In this document: positions 1 to 15,107 of the stretch, in pieces
Numbering within the stretch: position 1 is the stretch's first letter
Layout: each line of letters starts with the position of its first letter
DNA from: Eledone cirrhosa
Taxonomy: Eukaryota
DNA length: 64,000 bases
Direction of reading: 5' to 3'
NCBI GenBank assembly: GCA_964016885.1
Contig: OZ024762.1
Location: 17,546,001-17,610,000 of the forward strand
Translations under genes and position numbers: made by a program
Notes under the pieces: generated by a model
Database searches by the model: none
What the model saw: only the letters and a program-made list of their open reading frames with translations
What the model was told of the DNA's origin: nothing

Positions 1-330
1 AATTGCAGATGTTTCTGTGAAATCAACTGCTTCCTGGCCTCTTTCAAAGAGATTTCTCAGTCTCTCAGGGTATATTTGCAATGGAGGCAACACAACCTTT
101 CCTTTATTACAACAGTTACAATTTTCATTTCTAAATTTCAAAGCTCCACAGTGATCACAAGAAACATTCATATCACTAATATGAAATTCTTCTACATTTC
201 CATTAATATTAATTGTTGGCCAATTTCTCTTACGACGCTCATTATCCATTCTTCTCTGTCTGAATGTTTTCCATTCTGTTGTTTATTATGTAATTAAATA
301 GCTCTGTACAATACAGAGAGCACTCTTCTT
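1..330 (-). mobile_element. Helitron Rep/helicase N-terminal fragment (partial copy)
   Basis: Same sequence as 11314-11620, encoding CDHCGALKF..NCCNKGKV. Confidence 0.8.
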
Positions 331-559
331 TTCTTTACCTTTTCTATGGAAATACAAGAACAAACATATATATATATATATATATATGTATATAAATAAA
401 CAAGACTGTTATTTCTCCAACCAGTCTATTTACCTTCGATAACTAAATATCAATACACCTATACCATACATACATATACAATATTTGTTTTTGATGCCGT
501 GGTATAGCAGAGATAAGCAAGAAGAGAAAAGAAAATGAAAAGGAGAAAAAAAAAGAAGT

Positions 560-860
560 AAGAAGTCGGGGGAGGGACAGACACTTCACCCCAGTCTAAG
601 TGGTCCCTCAGCCGCAACTCGTGGAAGAAACGTAAAAGCGTTACCTCGGAGCAAGCCCAGAGACACCTGCTACAATAGTCGCCCTTCCTCACGAGGCTCC
701 TGCCGTCTTTCCTCCCGACTTTATGGAGGAAATCAGCAGTACGGGGACCAAGTATGGCAGAGGTCTCAATGGAGTGGAAGAGATGAGTCAGGCCTCGGTA
801 CTATCTTACTCTCCTCTGCATTGCGGGGTGTGGAGCCTAGGATTGTGGCTGTAGCTATAT
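560..860 (-). mobile_element. 3' end of a CRE-like non-LTR retrotransposon (restriction-like endonuclease C-terminus); also ~11865-12165 and ~23115-23415
   Basis: Frameshifted translation AEESK..IETSAILGPRTADFLHKVGR..EPREEGRLL.QVSLALLRGNA. Confidence 0.7.
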
Positions 861-2493
861 TTGAACTTTTATATGAAATTTCAGTTTTATATTTTTCACA
901 TCTTAAAACTTAATCTTAGTCTTTTGCAGCTCATCTTGTTTCATCTCGCAGCACACGATTTGGGAACCACTGCTCTAGAGATAGAAAAAGTATATTTTAT
1001 GCAGGGTTTCCCTGAGACATAAAAACTATTTCAAGAGATCGACATGGGTAGAAAGGTTGAGAAATGCTGCACAATGTTCTTTGGGTTTTGTTCACCTTTA
1101 AATAATCATGTATAAAATATCGGGTGTGCAAGATTTCATGAAAAGGTATAACATTATTTATGCTGATCTTGCAGGGACTAGCTCCAATTGAGAGTTGTAC
1201 CAATTCCCACTAAACTCGAAACTCCTGGACAATATATACATATCTTTATAAGTTCCTGTGTATTGTGTCGCTGTATAATGAAACATAAATATATACCATG
1301 CATGTCAGTCAGATTTGAACTCACTATATTTGGCGTTTTATAGATATAATTTGTTTGTTAAAAGAATTGATTAAATAATAACTAAATAAAATTAATTCTA
1401 CAATCCTGGATAGGGAATGAACTTATAACTTCATAATAGAAACCATCTATTCGAGCAGTATTGCCACCAGGTTACTTACAGAACTTCATTCAAATATAAA
1501 GTATAAAATATATGTCAGACAGTGAGTTCGAATCTAACTGATTAGTTGCCAACCGGTAGGTGATATCGACTAGGTTGGGAAAACTTGGTTAAGTAGCTCC
1601 AGTTATTGCTACGTTAGACATATTCAAGACTTATCGAGACCGAATGGAAGAAAGGTAAAGTTGAAATCAGAGTAAAGAACTGGAAAAATACTGCAAAGAA
1701 TTCTATCGGATGTTCTAACAATTCTACCAAATTACCTTATGTATATAAATTTATATCTGGAGATAAGAAGAAAACTGAAAGAAAGAAAAAAAAAAAAAAA
1801 ATGAAACTTTATATGTAACCCAGGATTGAAACCGAAACCAGGACCTCCACCATCTCTGGTATCACCCACCAGACCACCATGAAAGATACAAAAATCTGCT
1901 TTTTTAATATTTATAAGCCTACTTTCAATATTAAAGTAATTAACATGTGGTGTTGTTCATGCCTTTCTCTATGTTATTGGTAAAAAATAAAGTATTTAAA
2001 CCTCAAATTTTGTTATTCAAATATGCTTGCTTATGTAATTATTAATGTCGCAGAATACACACGCATATATAGATGTGAAAATATTCAGGACCCCAACGGC
2101 TGTGCTATTGCCGTTTCGACATTTATATATATATCTTTTAGTCCTAGGCTCTTTCAGCGCAGAAAGAATTCTCCAATGATCACAACCAGCTAATGGTGCC
2201 CAGTGGAAGCACTTTAGTCTAATTATAACCCCAACGATCACGACTAGCGGCGGCTTTTTCGAGTCTGAGGTTGACTGCCAGATATATATATATATATTGT
2301 TATACTTTGCTAGAATCCCGGAGAACAACAGAAAGATGCTGAGTTCAGAGTTTAAAAAACAATAGAAAGAAGGGCATAAATAAATATATATCAGTGGTTT
2401 AAAACCTTCTCTGCACCATGCCCCACCACGACATTTAAAATATGTTTATGTCCCCCCTTTAATATAAAAACAATCCGAGTCTTGTAAAAGTGT

Positions 2494-3054
2494 TATTACT
2501 GTAATATAAAGTAGAAACCCCTTATTTAAACAAAGCTGCGATGCATCGATGATCAAAACAAACTTCAAAATGTCAACAAACTTCTCGCAGGTGCTGCCAG
2601 ATACACGATAACGTGTATACGAAGTGTAACAGGGAGTTGGGTCGTATTATATCACTTTCAAATTGACCCCTATTATATTCAAATTATCCCCTGTGGGGCG
2701 TGCACCCCACGTTGAGAATCCCTCATAAATAAATATATGTGAGTGTGTTGCTATGACTGCTATTTCTAGCAGGTTTACTGCAGTCCTGTAGACGCACACC
2801 AAAAACCGGAAGTGGCAGCCATTAAAAAACTTTGGCTTAAAATCAGGCAAAAGTTTTTTAACAATTTGCCAAGAAAGATAACTCTTGTCTTACTTAGTCG
2901 CAAAAATCGAGGCAAAAAATTTTGCGGGTGTGCAGTTTGTTTGGTGTAATTGACTGCTATTTCTAGCATATATGGACACTTTAGAAATAGCAGCGAAACA
3001 CGGGAAACATAAGAAAGAAGGACACACACGTATATATATATATAATTATGTATC

Positions 3055-3085
<31 letters not shown>

Positions 3086-3771
3086 GCACAGATATATATA
3101 CATTTAAATATATATATATATATACACGCGCGCACACACCTATACGTAGATATGGGTGTGTGTATAGCTGGTATATATATATATGTATGGGTGAGTGTAT
3201 AGCTGGTATATATATATATATATATATATATAGGTGTGTGTCCTTCTTTCTGCTGTTTTCCGTTTTTCGCTGCTATTTCTAAAGTGTCCATACATGCTAG
3301 AAATAGCAGTTAAATACACCAAACAAACTGCACACCCGCAACATTTTTGCCTCGATTTTTGCGATTAAGTAAGACAAGAGTTATCTTTCTTGGCAAATTG
3401 TTAAAAAACTTTTGCCTGATTTTAAGCCAAAGTTTTTTAATGGCTGCCACTTCCGGTTTTTGTTGTGCGTCTACAGGACTGCAGTAAACCTGCTAGAAAC
3501 AGCAGTCATAGCAACACACTCACATATATTTATATATGAGGGATTCTCAACGTGGGGTGCACGCCCCACAGGGGATAATTTGAATATAATAGGGGTCAAT
3601 TTGAAAGTGATATAATACGACCAAGCTTCCAGATACACTTCGTATACACATGTTATCGTGTATCTGGCAGCACCTAGGAGAAGTTTGTTGACATTTTGAA
3701 GTTTGTTTTGATCATCGATGCATCGCAGCTTTGTTTAAATAAGGGGTTTCTACTTTATATTACAGTAATAA
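2494..3771. mobile_element. Foldback element: ~540-bp inverted arms around a TA-microsatellite spacer
   Basis: 2494-~3030 is the reverse complement of ~3232-3771; the same MPDFKPKFF.. peptide appears on both strands. Confidence 0.9.
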
Positions 3772-3904
3772 ATGTTTTACTTCGTCTACACGTGTTATCG
3801 TGTATCCGGCAGCACCTATGGGCTGTTTGTTTCCATTTTGGTGTTTAATTTGATCATCGCTTCAAAGCAGGTTTGTTTAATTAAAGGTTGCGAGGGGGAT
3901 CACT

Positions 3905-4023
<119 letters not shown>

Positions 4024-4106
4024 CAAAGACACACATATATATACATACACGCAGACATACACCTGTGTGTATGTGTATGTGCGTGTGTGCGTGTCTTTGG
4101 CTGCTC

Positions 4107-4145
<39 letters not shown>

Positions 4146-4255
4146 ATATATACAGACACACACTGTTGTTTCCTGATTTTTAGTGCTGTTTCTAAAGTCT
4201 CTATTAATATATGCTAGAAATAGCAGCCAAGGGAACATTTACGTATATATATGTA

Positions 4256-4650
4256 AGGGCAGTGACACCTGCTGCAACAACCATCCAACCTCGTGGGACT
4301 TCATCCTCAGACGGGCCACAGACACTCCGATGTTGCGGAGGAGCTCGGCTGTAATGGGTCCAAGTAGGCCTGGGGTCTCGACAGCGGCTGGTGCGTAGAA
4401 GAGGCTCCAGGACAAACACCGGAATTTGCTTATTTTATGTTCATCTGCGAGACGGGCAGCGATGCTGGGGTTTGTGGATCTACCTCCTTCGAATGGGAAG
4501 AGGGTGATTCCCTCGGGGTGCTTGCCATCTCCGCGGCCTAGGCCTGCTCGCTCCTGTTGAGATGGAAAGTCAGCTGCGTCTAGGCTTCTTCTCATTATGT
4601 CGTTGAGAGCATTTATGTGGCTCACACACGCGGAGGCCAAGGCGTTGGGC
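4256..4650 (-). mobile_element. CRE-like non-LTR retrotransposon fragment, restriction-like endonuclease domain; also ~15528-15925 and ~27510-27895
   Basis: H.ALNDI.RRSLDAA.FPS..EPAGLGRGDGK.PEGITLFPFEGG..AARLA...P.AVET.G.LGP..AE.L motif series. Confidence 0.8.
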
Positions 4651-5790
4651 TACTCCGATGCGAGTTCACACATCATCAAGAATTTATTTGAATTGAAAGG
4701 TCACTAAACTAATATAGGAGTGTGATTTAAAAATAAGGTAAACAGAAATAGTTACACCGGTAACATAATTACTGTTACACCGGTAGTTCACTAACAAATC
4801 ATTTCACGTTCGTCTCTAACAGGTAATGTTTTAATTTGCTCTCCATGTTTGGGAGTAACTGTAGTTTGGCTTGCTAGGGGTCATACATCTTCATACACAC
4901 ACACATACTATATATATATACATATGCATATATATAATTATATGTAAAGTCAGCTCCGTATTTAGTACAAATGAGGCCTGTTCTAGTTATGAGGCCCCTT
5001 TCTTGGGCTCAGTAGGATGTAGGCTTGTTAAAATAATTCTTTTGGTAGGAAGATGGGCCCTTCTGTGTAGATTCCTTCCTTAATATTTCAGATAGGAGGG
5101 ACCGTTTCTGTTGTCTTCCTTTAGTTGTTCATTCCTTATTTTCAGTAATGTCCTTTCCGACCATAATTATGTCGGCGACGTAAGCATAAGTCTAATTTAT
5201 TCTTTAATGAAGGGTAGATCCTTCGATAGTGGAGGCCCGTGGTCTTACGATCGTATGTGTATTCGATTCCTGGACTGTGTTGTTAGTTGTTTTACTTGAG
5301 CAAAAACTTCATTTCACATAGGTGGGGGGTTAACCCTGCGATCGACTGACATCATGTCCAGGGGGAAGTCATGTACTCTCAGTCCCTTTACGCTACAGGA
5401 ACTGGGACAGGCACCTGCTTGATAAGTCTCCAGGCTTGAGCTGACTTTACACTTTGGAAATCCTTAGATATTCTTCTTGGTGATATATTTGTTAGCTTTG
5501 ACTTTAATTCATCTGTTTACACCACTAATAATTCATAGATAGAAAAACGTTTGTGGCTTTAGTACACCTTTAGGCTTTAATTTCAATTACTGACTACGTC
5601 TAACGAAGTAATAACTGGAGCGACTAAACCAGGGTTTCCTAACCTGGTGATATCAACCACCGGTGGCTGATTTCAACTTGGTCGCTTCGGCCACAAACCC
5701 GGGTACCGCGGCCCACGAAGGAAAGGAAGATAAACAAATATCAGAGGATTGTCCGGCTTCTTCCACTTGGCACCTGTAGCCACCATGACG

Positions 5791-5827
<37 letters not shown>

Positions 5828-5854
5828 CTATCTATCTATCTATATATATATCAT

Positions 5855-8125
5855 CATTTTCATTTTACGTCTGCTTTTCCCTGTTTGCAAGGGTGGGACA
5901 TATATATATATATATATCATCCTCATTATACATCCACTTTTCCCTGCTTATAAGGGTGGGACAGATCCTCTTCAGCGCAGCATCTCTCCTTCACCATCTC
6001 CTCTGAGCTTCAACGATCTGAGGTCAGCTCTCACTACCTCTGCCCATATCTTCCTTGGTCTTCCTCTACTGCATATTCCTCCCACTGGGATTACTTGGCA
6101 CTTCTTCACCCTGCGGTAATCCTGCATACACATCGCATGGCCATATCAACGCAGTCTTTTCTCCCGCACATTGCAGTTTATCCTTCTTATAGAGTATCAC
6201 TCTCAACTCGTCCATACTTGGTCTTTCACTCACATTGACATTGCACATCCAATGGAGCATGCTTGCTTCATTTCTCTTCAGCCTTTGCATATCCTCTGCA
6301 GTTGCTGCCCATGTCTCACTACCATGCAACATTGCAACATTGTGCATCTCACACAGGCATCAAACAACCAACCTTTTGTATGCAGGGAGAAACCCTTCTT
6401 TGTCACCAGAGGAAGCAGCTCCCTAAACGTCTTCCAGCCTGTCCTTATTCTAGATACTATGGCCTCGGAAACCCCCCCCCCCTCTCCCATACTAATCTGA
6501 TCACCTAGGTACTGAAGCTATCTACCACTTTTATAGAACCTACTTGCATTTGAAAAATGTGTCTCAATGCGACTTCTACTGTCAAATTTCCCTGTACATC
6601 TACTGCATACGTAGTTTTCCCTACCTGTTAGTTTGCCTGCTATCCCACTACATCTCGTGTGTACCCAAGATCTGCATTGTGTACATTTTATAGAATGTAT
6701 GCCAATTCCTTTTCTGCATATCGAACATGACCATCAGAGTTTTGTCCTTTTTTCTACTTATCAACACTTTTGTTTTAGCTAGCTTCACTCTCAGTCCTCT
6801 TAAGTCCAACTGCTGTTTCCATAGCCAGAATTTATTCTCTAGCTCCTCTACTGATTCTGCTATAAAAACCAGATTGTCAGTATAGAGAAGTTCCAATGGG
6901 CAGCTAGTCTTAAACTCTTCTGTTATGGCTTGGAGGACTATAATGAACAAGAGCGGGCTGAGGACCGAACTCTGATGGACTCCTCCTTGTATCTGGAATT
7001 CCTCACTAAACTCCATTCCTACCCTCACTTTACAGACAGCACCTCTGTACAAAGCTTGCACTGTCCTCACAAGCCATTCCTCAACACCTAGTTTCCTTAG
7101 GGATCACCAGATGACAGATTGGGGTACACTATCAAAGGCTTTCTCTAGGTCAACAAAAGCTAAGTATAATGGCTTATTCTTCTCAAAGAACCTCTCTTGT
7201 AGTTGTCTCACTAAGAAGAGGGCATCAGTTGTACTTTTCCCAGGCACAAAACCAAACTGCATCTCATCTAGTTTGACTCTTTCTCTAATTAGTTGCTCTA
7301 ATATCCTTTCTGCCACTTTCATAACCTGATCCATCAGTTTTCTGCCTCTATAATTGATCCGCTCCAGAGCATCCCCTTTACCTTTGTAGCAATTTATGAG
7401 AATACTGCTGCACCAGTCTTTGGGTATGACTCCGCCATATATAGCTTGATTGATTATGCTTGCAACCAGTTTAGTACCTACTTCTCCTCATGCCTTCAGC
7501 ATCTCAGCAACTATCCCTGATGGTCCAGCTGCCTTACCATTTTTCCTTTCTTTAATTGCCTCTTTGACCCTATAGTCATCAATCTCAATAGCTGGTCCCT
7601 CTGTTGGGTCAAATGTGGGTAGTTTCTCTCTCTCCCATTCATTCTCCACATTCATCAGCCTCTCATAATGGCATTTCCAGGCCTCCTTTTTCTGATCATT
7701 ATTGACACTGCGTACACCAGCATCATTCCGGACACATTTATCTCCAACAACATCCCGATTTATACTGACACACTGGCTTGCAATGCGGAACACCGCACGT
7801 CTTTGATCTTCCCGTCACAGAACATTGGCAACCCTCCTATTCTCAGCCTCCCTGCGTGCTAAGTACACCTGACGTCTAGCTTCTTTCTTAGCGGCTGTGC
7901 ATCGGTCTCTACTCCCACCATTTATTCAAGTGTTCCATGCTAGTCTTTTGTCTCTAATGGCCTTATCTACCGTGTTGTCCCACCACCAGGTCACTCTCTG
8001 TCTGGTCGGAGCTCTGCTCCAGCCACAAGTGTCTTCAGCAGCCTGCAGTAAGTTGTCACATAAGAAATTCCAGTTATCTATGTCATACGATTCTAAAACA
8101 GCTTCTTTCTCGTCATACACATCTT
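5855..8125 (-). mobile_element. 5'-truncated degenerate RTE-clade LINE (RT pseudogene)
   Basis: KAAGPSGIVAEMLK, QFGFVPGKSTTDA, AFVDLEKAFD, GVHQSSVLSPLLF, LLYTDNLV (decayed YADD), LHGSETW; 3' tail is the complement of ..gcaaacagggaaaagcagacgtaaaatg..(atg)n. Confidence 0.93.
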
Positions 8126-9234
8126 GAAGGGCTTAACCCCTTAGCATTTAAACCAGCTGTAACCGGCCAGAATTCTCTCACCTCTTTCTGTTCAAACCAG
8201 CCCTAATTAACCACTCATACTGATGTTAAAGTATTGTTCTGAAAATAAATAATATCGAAATCTCATAGATTCGATATTATGTGAGATAAAGCCTTTACTG
8301 TGAAAATACAATAGTATATATAGAGTAATGTGAACATCGCCCTCTTTCACTAAACAATGAAACTATATAAAAAGACTAGGAGATAACTCGTGTGGCGCTA
8401 TAGAGAAGAGTGTAAGATTCGAACTAACTGAGCTACGGAATTAAAAGGAAAATCGCGCTTAAAATAAAGTTTATAAACACAAACCAAATTTTATGTGACT
8501 CCATTTTGTTTGTTATTGTTTCTTTCACTGTTTTACTTATTTCTTATTTCTTATTAAATTACACTTAATTAATTCCATTAAATATTTATTCTTGCTCATA
8601 TTAAATTACTGTATCTTTATTCATGTCATTGTTGCAACTTTTATTTCTACATCTTTCATTTATACCGACTGTTACACCGGTCGTATAATTATTTTATAAC
8701 ACCGCTATATTACCTACATGAAAGAGGTAAATATTTATTTCTCTTGTCTTCTTAAATGTATAGAACATGTTTCTTATATATATTCTTAACATAGCTAGGA
8801 CCGTATATTATTTACTAGTCTCTACTCCTAGGACTTTGCTGGTCTCATGTCCCCTCCATCAACACACGCTCGGTAGAAAGCTGGTCTTCGGAGGTAAAGT
8901 GGCCCCGATTACAGGTCTAGTATTGAAGCCTTTCGGCTTGAGCCTTGCTGATGTCGACAGAGTTCCTGTGGTAGTTTTGGTAGCACAGGTGACATTTTAT
9001 TGTGTTTAGGTACCGGCTAGTGCGGACACAGAGAGCACAACCAGGTGGTGAGCTGGCAACGACCAAGTGTAGAGGGCCAGCTTTGAAATTCGAGCGACGG
9101 AGTGAACTACTAAAAGAGGCAGGGTAAGCACCCTTTTGTTCTAAAGGTGGGACTAGAACGGAGGTTGGGTGGTGCTGGGGGTGGGCTAACAGCTAACAGT
9201 TGTAGGAGTGGTGGGGGTTTGGTAGGATTAATTT

Positions 9235-11620
9235 TTACATCTGTCTGTGAACTCTTGAAAAAGCAACATACAATTGTCCAGGGTTAAATACTTGCTCAGG
9301 GAGGAACAGACCCACTTTATCATGTATTTGACCATGGTTCTTGTTGATTGTCATGGCATATGACAGTCTTAATGGAAACTGGGGTCTTTCCAAAGTAAAA
9401 GGGATGTTGGCACCACTGGGAGCTAACTTCAGTCTTGGGATCAAAACACACCTGCCCATCAAAGGACCATAGATATGAGAAGCTTTGATAAAATGTTTAT
9501 GCAGTTCCACTACTTCTAATCTTGTGCCATTACATAATCTGTTCTGGATTGAAATATTCCATAGAAGCATTTTTATTGATCCTGCTTTTAATTGGAGTTT
9601 GTGAGGCGGCATCCCAGAAGGTGTAAGCAAGTTCAGAAGTTCATTTAGCTTGAACCAGGCAGCAAGGGTAGTGTCTCGGTGTCCCTGTATTTCTACTGCA
9701 ACCTGAGCATTGCCTCTTTGAAAGTAAACTCTGTTTGTTCTCCAGGTGTGTGTCTAGTTTGTATACTGTATGTGATGTACCATGAAGCTTAAATTCCGAG
9801 AGACCCGACACTGCTTCTGGCTGAGACACATACCTGCAACAAAGATAGGTTCTTATTTCATCATGGTTGTGTTGGTTCTGAGCCTTATTAGGTAATGCAT
9901 TATTCGTTACTTCTATAGTTGTACAATCATGCCCCATGTAACATATTTAAAGAGGTACTTGACACTTTTTACAGAAGTGCAAGCTTCAACATTAATATGT
10001 GCACAATATTTCTTAAGCAAAAAGGCATTAAATGGCACAACCTTCCTGTTATCTACTGAATGTCATCCAATTTACACTGCAGTTCCTGTACTCTGGGTAT
10101 CCATTTAGGTTCAATAATGTTTCCCTTCTGTAGGTTTATGGATAGTTCTTTTGGAAAAATCCATTTTGTATAAATGGGGAAAAAGGGTTTCCAGAACCAC
10201 ATGACCCGTGGATCATAAACTTTTAATCCTGCTCATGTAGTACTGGATCATCTTCCAATGCAGGTATTTCTGCTGACACGATTCTGTCAATGTCTTCTCA
10301 CTTTCTTATCTTGTCTTCATTTCTTAAGGCTCAGTGTTATCATCTGTTTAGATAATTCATTAAACCATTATACTCATCCACTCACAATTGGGCTTGATTG
10401 TTCCTCAAATATTGAAGCCTGCATCCCTCTACTTTCATATAAGCATCCACTAAATACTGCTAAAATAATTTACCTGCCCTATATATCGCACTAAATCCTC
10501 CTCTATATGCTATACAGTATATGTAATACTCCTGCATTGTCAGTCTATTGCAAACACAGGTCCTGCATTCCTCTCCATGTCACTATGCCACCAAAATTCA
10601 CCATTATGGGTCGGTCATGAATTATGTGGTATTTTCTGAGGAGGATGGTCTTTAGGAAAGATGATAATATCTCTTTGTACAGGTGGTGTGCCCTCAATCC
10701 CCCACAAAACAACAGCTATCATTACTAGTTGGTAAATTATCGCAGCTCATATCTGATCCTCTTTTAAATCTTAATTCACAGTTCTGTACACGACAATTTC
10801 CTCTTCTTGCACTTTGCTGTTTGATGCCATGCATTGTATTGAACACTTCGACATATGGATTACATTCATGCAACACCTCTCTTATCATAGTCATTTTTTG
10901 TGGTGAGCAGTCATTATTTGTTGGCACTAGGGCAGTGGATTGGCAGTATCGGTAGAGCGTCAGACACCATGCTTTGCAGCATAGGGTTATGGCCCATTAC
11001 GTTCTGGGTCCAAATCCCTCCAAGGTTGACTTTGTTTTCATCCTTATGAGGTCCATAAATAAAGTACCAGTAATACACTGGAGTAATTGCTGACCTTGTG
11101 CCAGAAACAATTATTTGGTGGTACTTCCAATCTGTGCTACACAGCTTCATTCCCATCAATAATATATAACTGGCCATATTGTGGTGTATTTTCTGCAGGT
11201 TACAGAGGTGGGGGTGTAGTGATATGTTTGACCCTGAATATGAAAGCTATACGGGCCTCTGCCGGGTGGTAAGGCAAGTTTAACACGAAATGAAGTGAAA
11301 TAAATGTAGTTTTAATTGCAGATGTTTCTGTGAAATCAACTGCTTCCTGGCCTCTTTCAAAGAGATTTCTCAGTCTCTCAGGGTATATTTGTAATGGAGG
11401 CATCACAACCTTTCCTTTATTACAACAGTTACAATTTTCATTTCTAAATTTCAAAGCTCCACAGTGATCACACGAAACATTCATATCACTAATATGAAAT
11501 TCTTCTACATTTCCATTAATATTAATTGTTGGCCAATTTCTCTTACGACGCTCATTATCCATTCTTCTCTGTCTGAATGTTTTCCATTCTGTTGTTTATT
11601 ATGTAATTAAATAGCTCTGT
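9235..11620 (-). mobile_element. Degenerate, internally deleted Helitron (Rep-PIF1 helicase pseudogene)
   Basis: Ordered fragments: CDHCGALKF..CCNKGKV Zn-finger, VLHECNPYV, DEIRTY..RYVS..EA, then PIF1 C-terminus SGMPPHKL..LCNGTRL..QFPLRLSYAMTINK..GQLYVAFSRV; many stops and frameshifts. Confidence 0.92.
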
Positions 11621-13814
11621 ACAATACAGAGAGCGCTCTTCTTTTCTTTACCTTTTCTATGGAAATACAAGAACAAATATATATATATATATGTATATAA
11701 ATAAACAAGACTGTTATTTCTCCAACCTGTCTATTTACCTTCGATAACTAAATATAAATACACCTATACCATACATACATATACAATATTTGTTTTTGAT
11801 GCCGTGGTATAGCAGAGATAAGCAAGAAGAGAAAAGAAAATGAAAAGGAGAAAAAAAAGAAGTAAGAAGTCGGGGGAGGGACAGACACTTCACCCCAGTC
11901 TAAGTGGTCCCTCAGCCGCAACTCGTGGAAGAAATGTAAAAGCGTTACCTCGGAGCAAGGCCAGAGACACCTGCTACAATAGTCGCCCTTCCTCACGAGG
12001 CTCCTGCCGTCTTTCCTCCCGACTTTATGGAGGAAATCAGCAGTACGGGGACCAAGTATGGCAGAGGTCTCAATGGAGTGGAAGAAGTGAGTCAGGCCTC
12101 GGTACTATCTTACTCTCCTCTGCATTGCGGGGTGTGGAGCCCAGGTTTGTGGCTGTAGCTATATTTGAACTTTTATATGAAATTTCAGTTTTATATTTTT
12201 CACATCTTAAAACTTAATCTTAGTCTTTTGCAGCTCATCTTGTTTCATCTCGCAGCACACGATTTGGGAACCACTGCTCTAGAGATAGAAAAAGTATATT
12301 TTATGCAGGGTTTCCCTGAGACATAAAAACTATTTCAAGAGATCGACATGGGTAGAAAGATTGAGAAATGCTGCACAATGTTCTTTGGGTTTTGTTCACC
12401 TTTAAATAATCATGTATAAAATATCGGGTGTGCAAGATTTCATGAAAAGGTATAACATTATTTATGCTGATCTTGCAGGGACTAGCTCCAATTGAGAGTT
12501 GTACCAATTCCCACTAAACTCGAAACTCCTGGACAATATATACATATCTTTATAAGTTCCTGTGTATTGTGTCGCTGTATAATGAAACATAAATATATAC
12601 CATGCATGTCAGTCAGATTTGAACTCACTATATTTGGCGTTTTATAGATATAATTTGTTTGTTAAAAGAATTGATTAAATAATAACTAAATAAAATTAAT
12701 TCTACAATCCTGGATAGGGAATGAACTTATAACTTCATAATAGAAACCATCTATTCGAGCAGTATTGCCACCAGGTTACTTACAGAACTTCATTCAAATA
12801 TAAAGTATAAAATATATGTCAGACAGTGAGTTCGAATCTAACTGATTAGTTGCCAACAGTTTAAATCGCCAACCGGTAGGTGATATCGACTAGGTTGGGA
12901 AAACTTGGTTAAGTAGCTCCAGTTATTGCTACGTTAGACATATTCAAGACTTATCGAGACCGAATGGAAGAAAGGTAAAGTTGAAATCAGAGTAAAGAAC
13001 TGGAAAAATACTGCAAAGAATTCTATCGGATGTTCTAACAATTCTACCAAATTACCTTATGTATATATATTTATATCTGGAGATAAGAAGAAAACTGAAA
13101 GAAAGAAAAAAAAAAAAAATGAAACTTTATATGTAACCCAGGATTGAAACCGAAACCAGGAACTCCACCATCTCTGGTATCACCCACCAGACCACCATGA
13201 AAGATACAAAAATCTGCTTTTTTAATATTTATAAGCCTACTTTCAATATTAAAGTAATTAACATGTGGTGTTGTTCATGCCTTTCTCTATGTTATTGGTA
13301 AAAAATAAAGTATTTAAACCTCAAATTTTGTTATTCAAATATGCTTGCTTATGTAATTATTAATGTCGCAGAATACACACGCATATATAGATGTGAAAAT
13401 ATTCAGGACCCCAACGGCTGTGCAACTGCCGTTTCGACATCTATATATATATCTTTTAGTCCTAGGCTCTTTCAGCGCAGAAAGAATTCTCCAATGATCA
13501 CAACCAGCTAATGGTGCCCAGTGGAAGCACTTTAGTCTAATTATAACCCCAACGATCACGACTAGCGGCGGCTTTTTCGAGTCTGAGGTTGACTGCCAGA
13601 TATATATATATATATATATTGTTATAATTTGCTAGAATCCCGGAGAACAACAGAAAGATGCTGAGTTCAGAGTATAAAAAACAATAGAAAGAAGGGCATA
13701 AATAAATATATATCAGTGGTTTAAAACCTTCTCTGCACCATGTCCCACCACGACATTTAAAATATGTTTATGTCCCCCCTTTAATATAAAAACAATCCGA
13801 GTCTTGTAAAAGTG

Positions 13815-14535
13815 TTATTACTGTAATATAAAGTAGAAACTGTTTATTTAAACAAAGCTGCGATGCAGCGATCATCAAAGCAAACCCCAAAATGTCAACA
13901 AACTTCTCGCAGGTGCTGCCAGATACACGATAACGTGTATACGAAGTGTAACAGGGAGTTGGGTCGTATTATATCACTTTCAAATTGACCCCTATTATAT
14001 TCAAATTATCCCCTGTGGGGCGTGCACCCCACGTTGAGAATCCCTCATAAATAAATATATGTGAGTGTGTTGCTATGACTGCTATTTCTAGCAGGTTTAT
14101 TGCAGTCCTGTAGACGCACACCAAAAACCGGAAGTGGCAGCCATTAAAAAACTTTGGCTTAAAATCAGGCAAAAGTTTTTTAACAATTTGCCAAGAAAGA
14201 TAACTCTTGTCTTACTTAATCGCAAAAATCGAGGCAAAAATTTTGCGGGTGTGCAGTTTGTTTGGTGTATTTGACTGCTTTTTCTAGCATATATGGACAC
14301 TTTAGAAATAGCAGCGAAACACGGAAAACATAAGAAAGAAGGACACACACGTATATATATATATATTTAATTATGTATCTGTATATATATATATATACAT
14401 ATATATATGCACAGATATATATACATTTAAATATTTATATATATATACACGCGCGCACACACACCTATACGTAGATATGGGTGTGTGTATAGCTGGTATA
14501 TATATATATATATATGTATGGGTGAGTGTATAGCT

Positions 14536-14585
<50 letters not shown>

Positions 14586-15107
14586 GGTGTGTGTCCTTCT
14601 TTCTGCTGTTTTCCGTTTTTCGCTGCTATTTCTAAAGTGTCCATACATGCTAGAATTAGCAGTCAAATACACCAAACAAACTGCACACCCGCAAAATTTT
14701 TGCCTCGATTTTTGCGATTAAGTAAGACAAGATTTATCGTTCTTGGCAAATTGTTAAAAAACTTTTGCCTGATTTTAAGCCAAAGTTTTTTAATGGCTGC
14801 CACTTCCGGTTTTTGTTGTGCGTCTACAGGACTGCAGTAAACCTGCTAGAAATAGCAGTCATAGCAACACACTCACATATATTTATTTATGAGGGATTCT
14901 CAACGTGGGGTGCACGCCCCACAGGGGATAATTTGAATATAATGGGGGGGCAAATTGAAAGTGATATAATACGACCAAGCTTCCAGATACACTTCGTATA
15001 CACATGTTATCGTGTATCTGGCAGCACCTACGAGAAGTTTGTTTTGATCATCGCTGCATCGCAGCTTTGTTTAAATAAGGGGTTTCTACTTTATATTACA
15101 GTAATAA
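13815..15107. mobile_element. Foldback element, copy 2
   Basis: Same inverted arms and spacer as 2494-3771. Confidence 0.9.

Noticed and set aside
1400-1540. tRNA-like or B-box remnants (gagttcgaatc) in each tandem unit
   Set aside because: Too degenerate to fold; probably decayed SINE heads
9235-11620. Functional PIF1 helicase gene or active Helitron
   Set aside because: Multiple stops and frameshifts, and most of the helicase core is deleted in both copies
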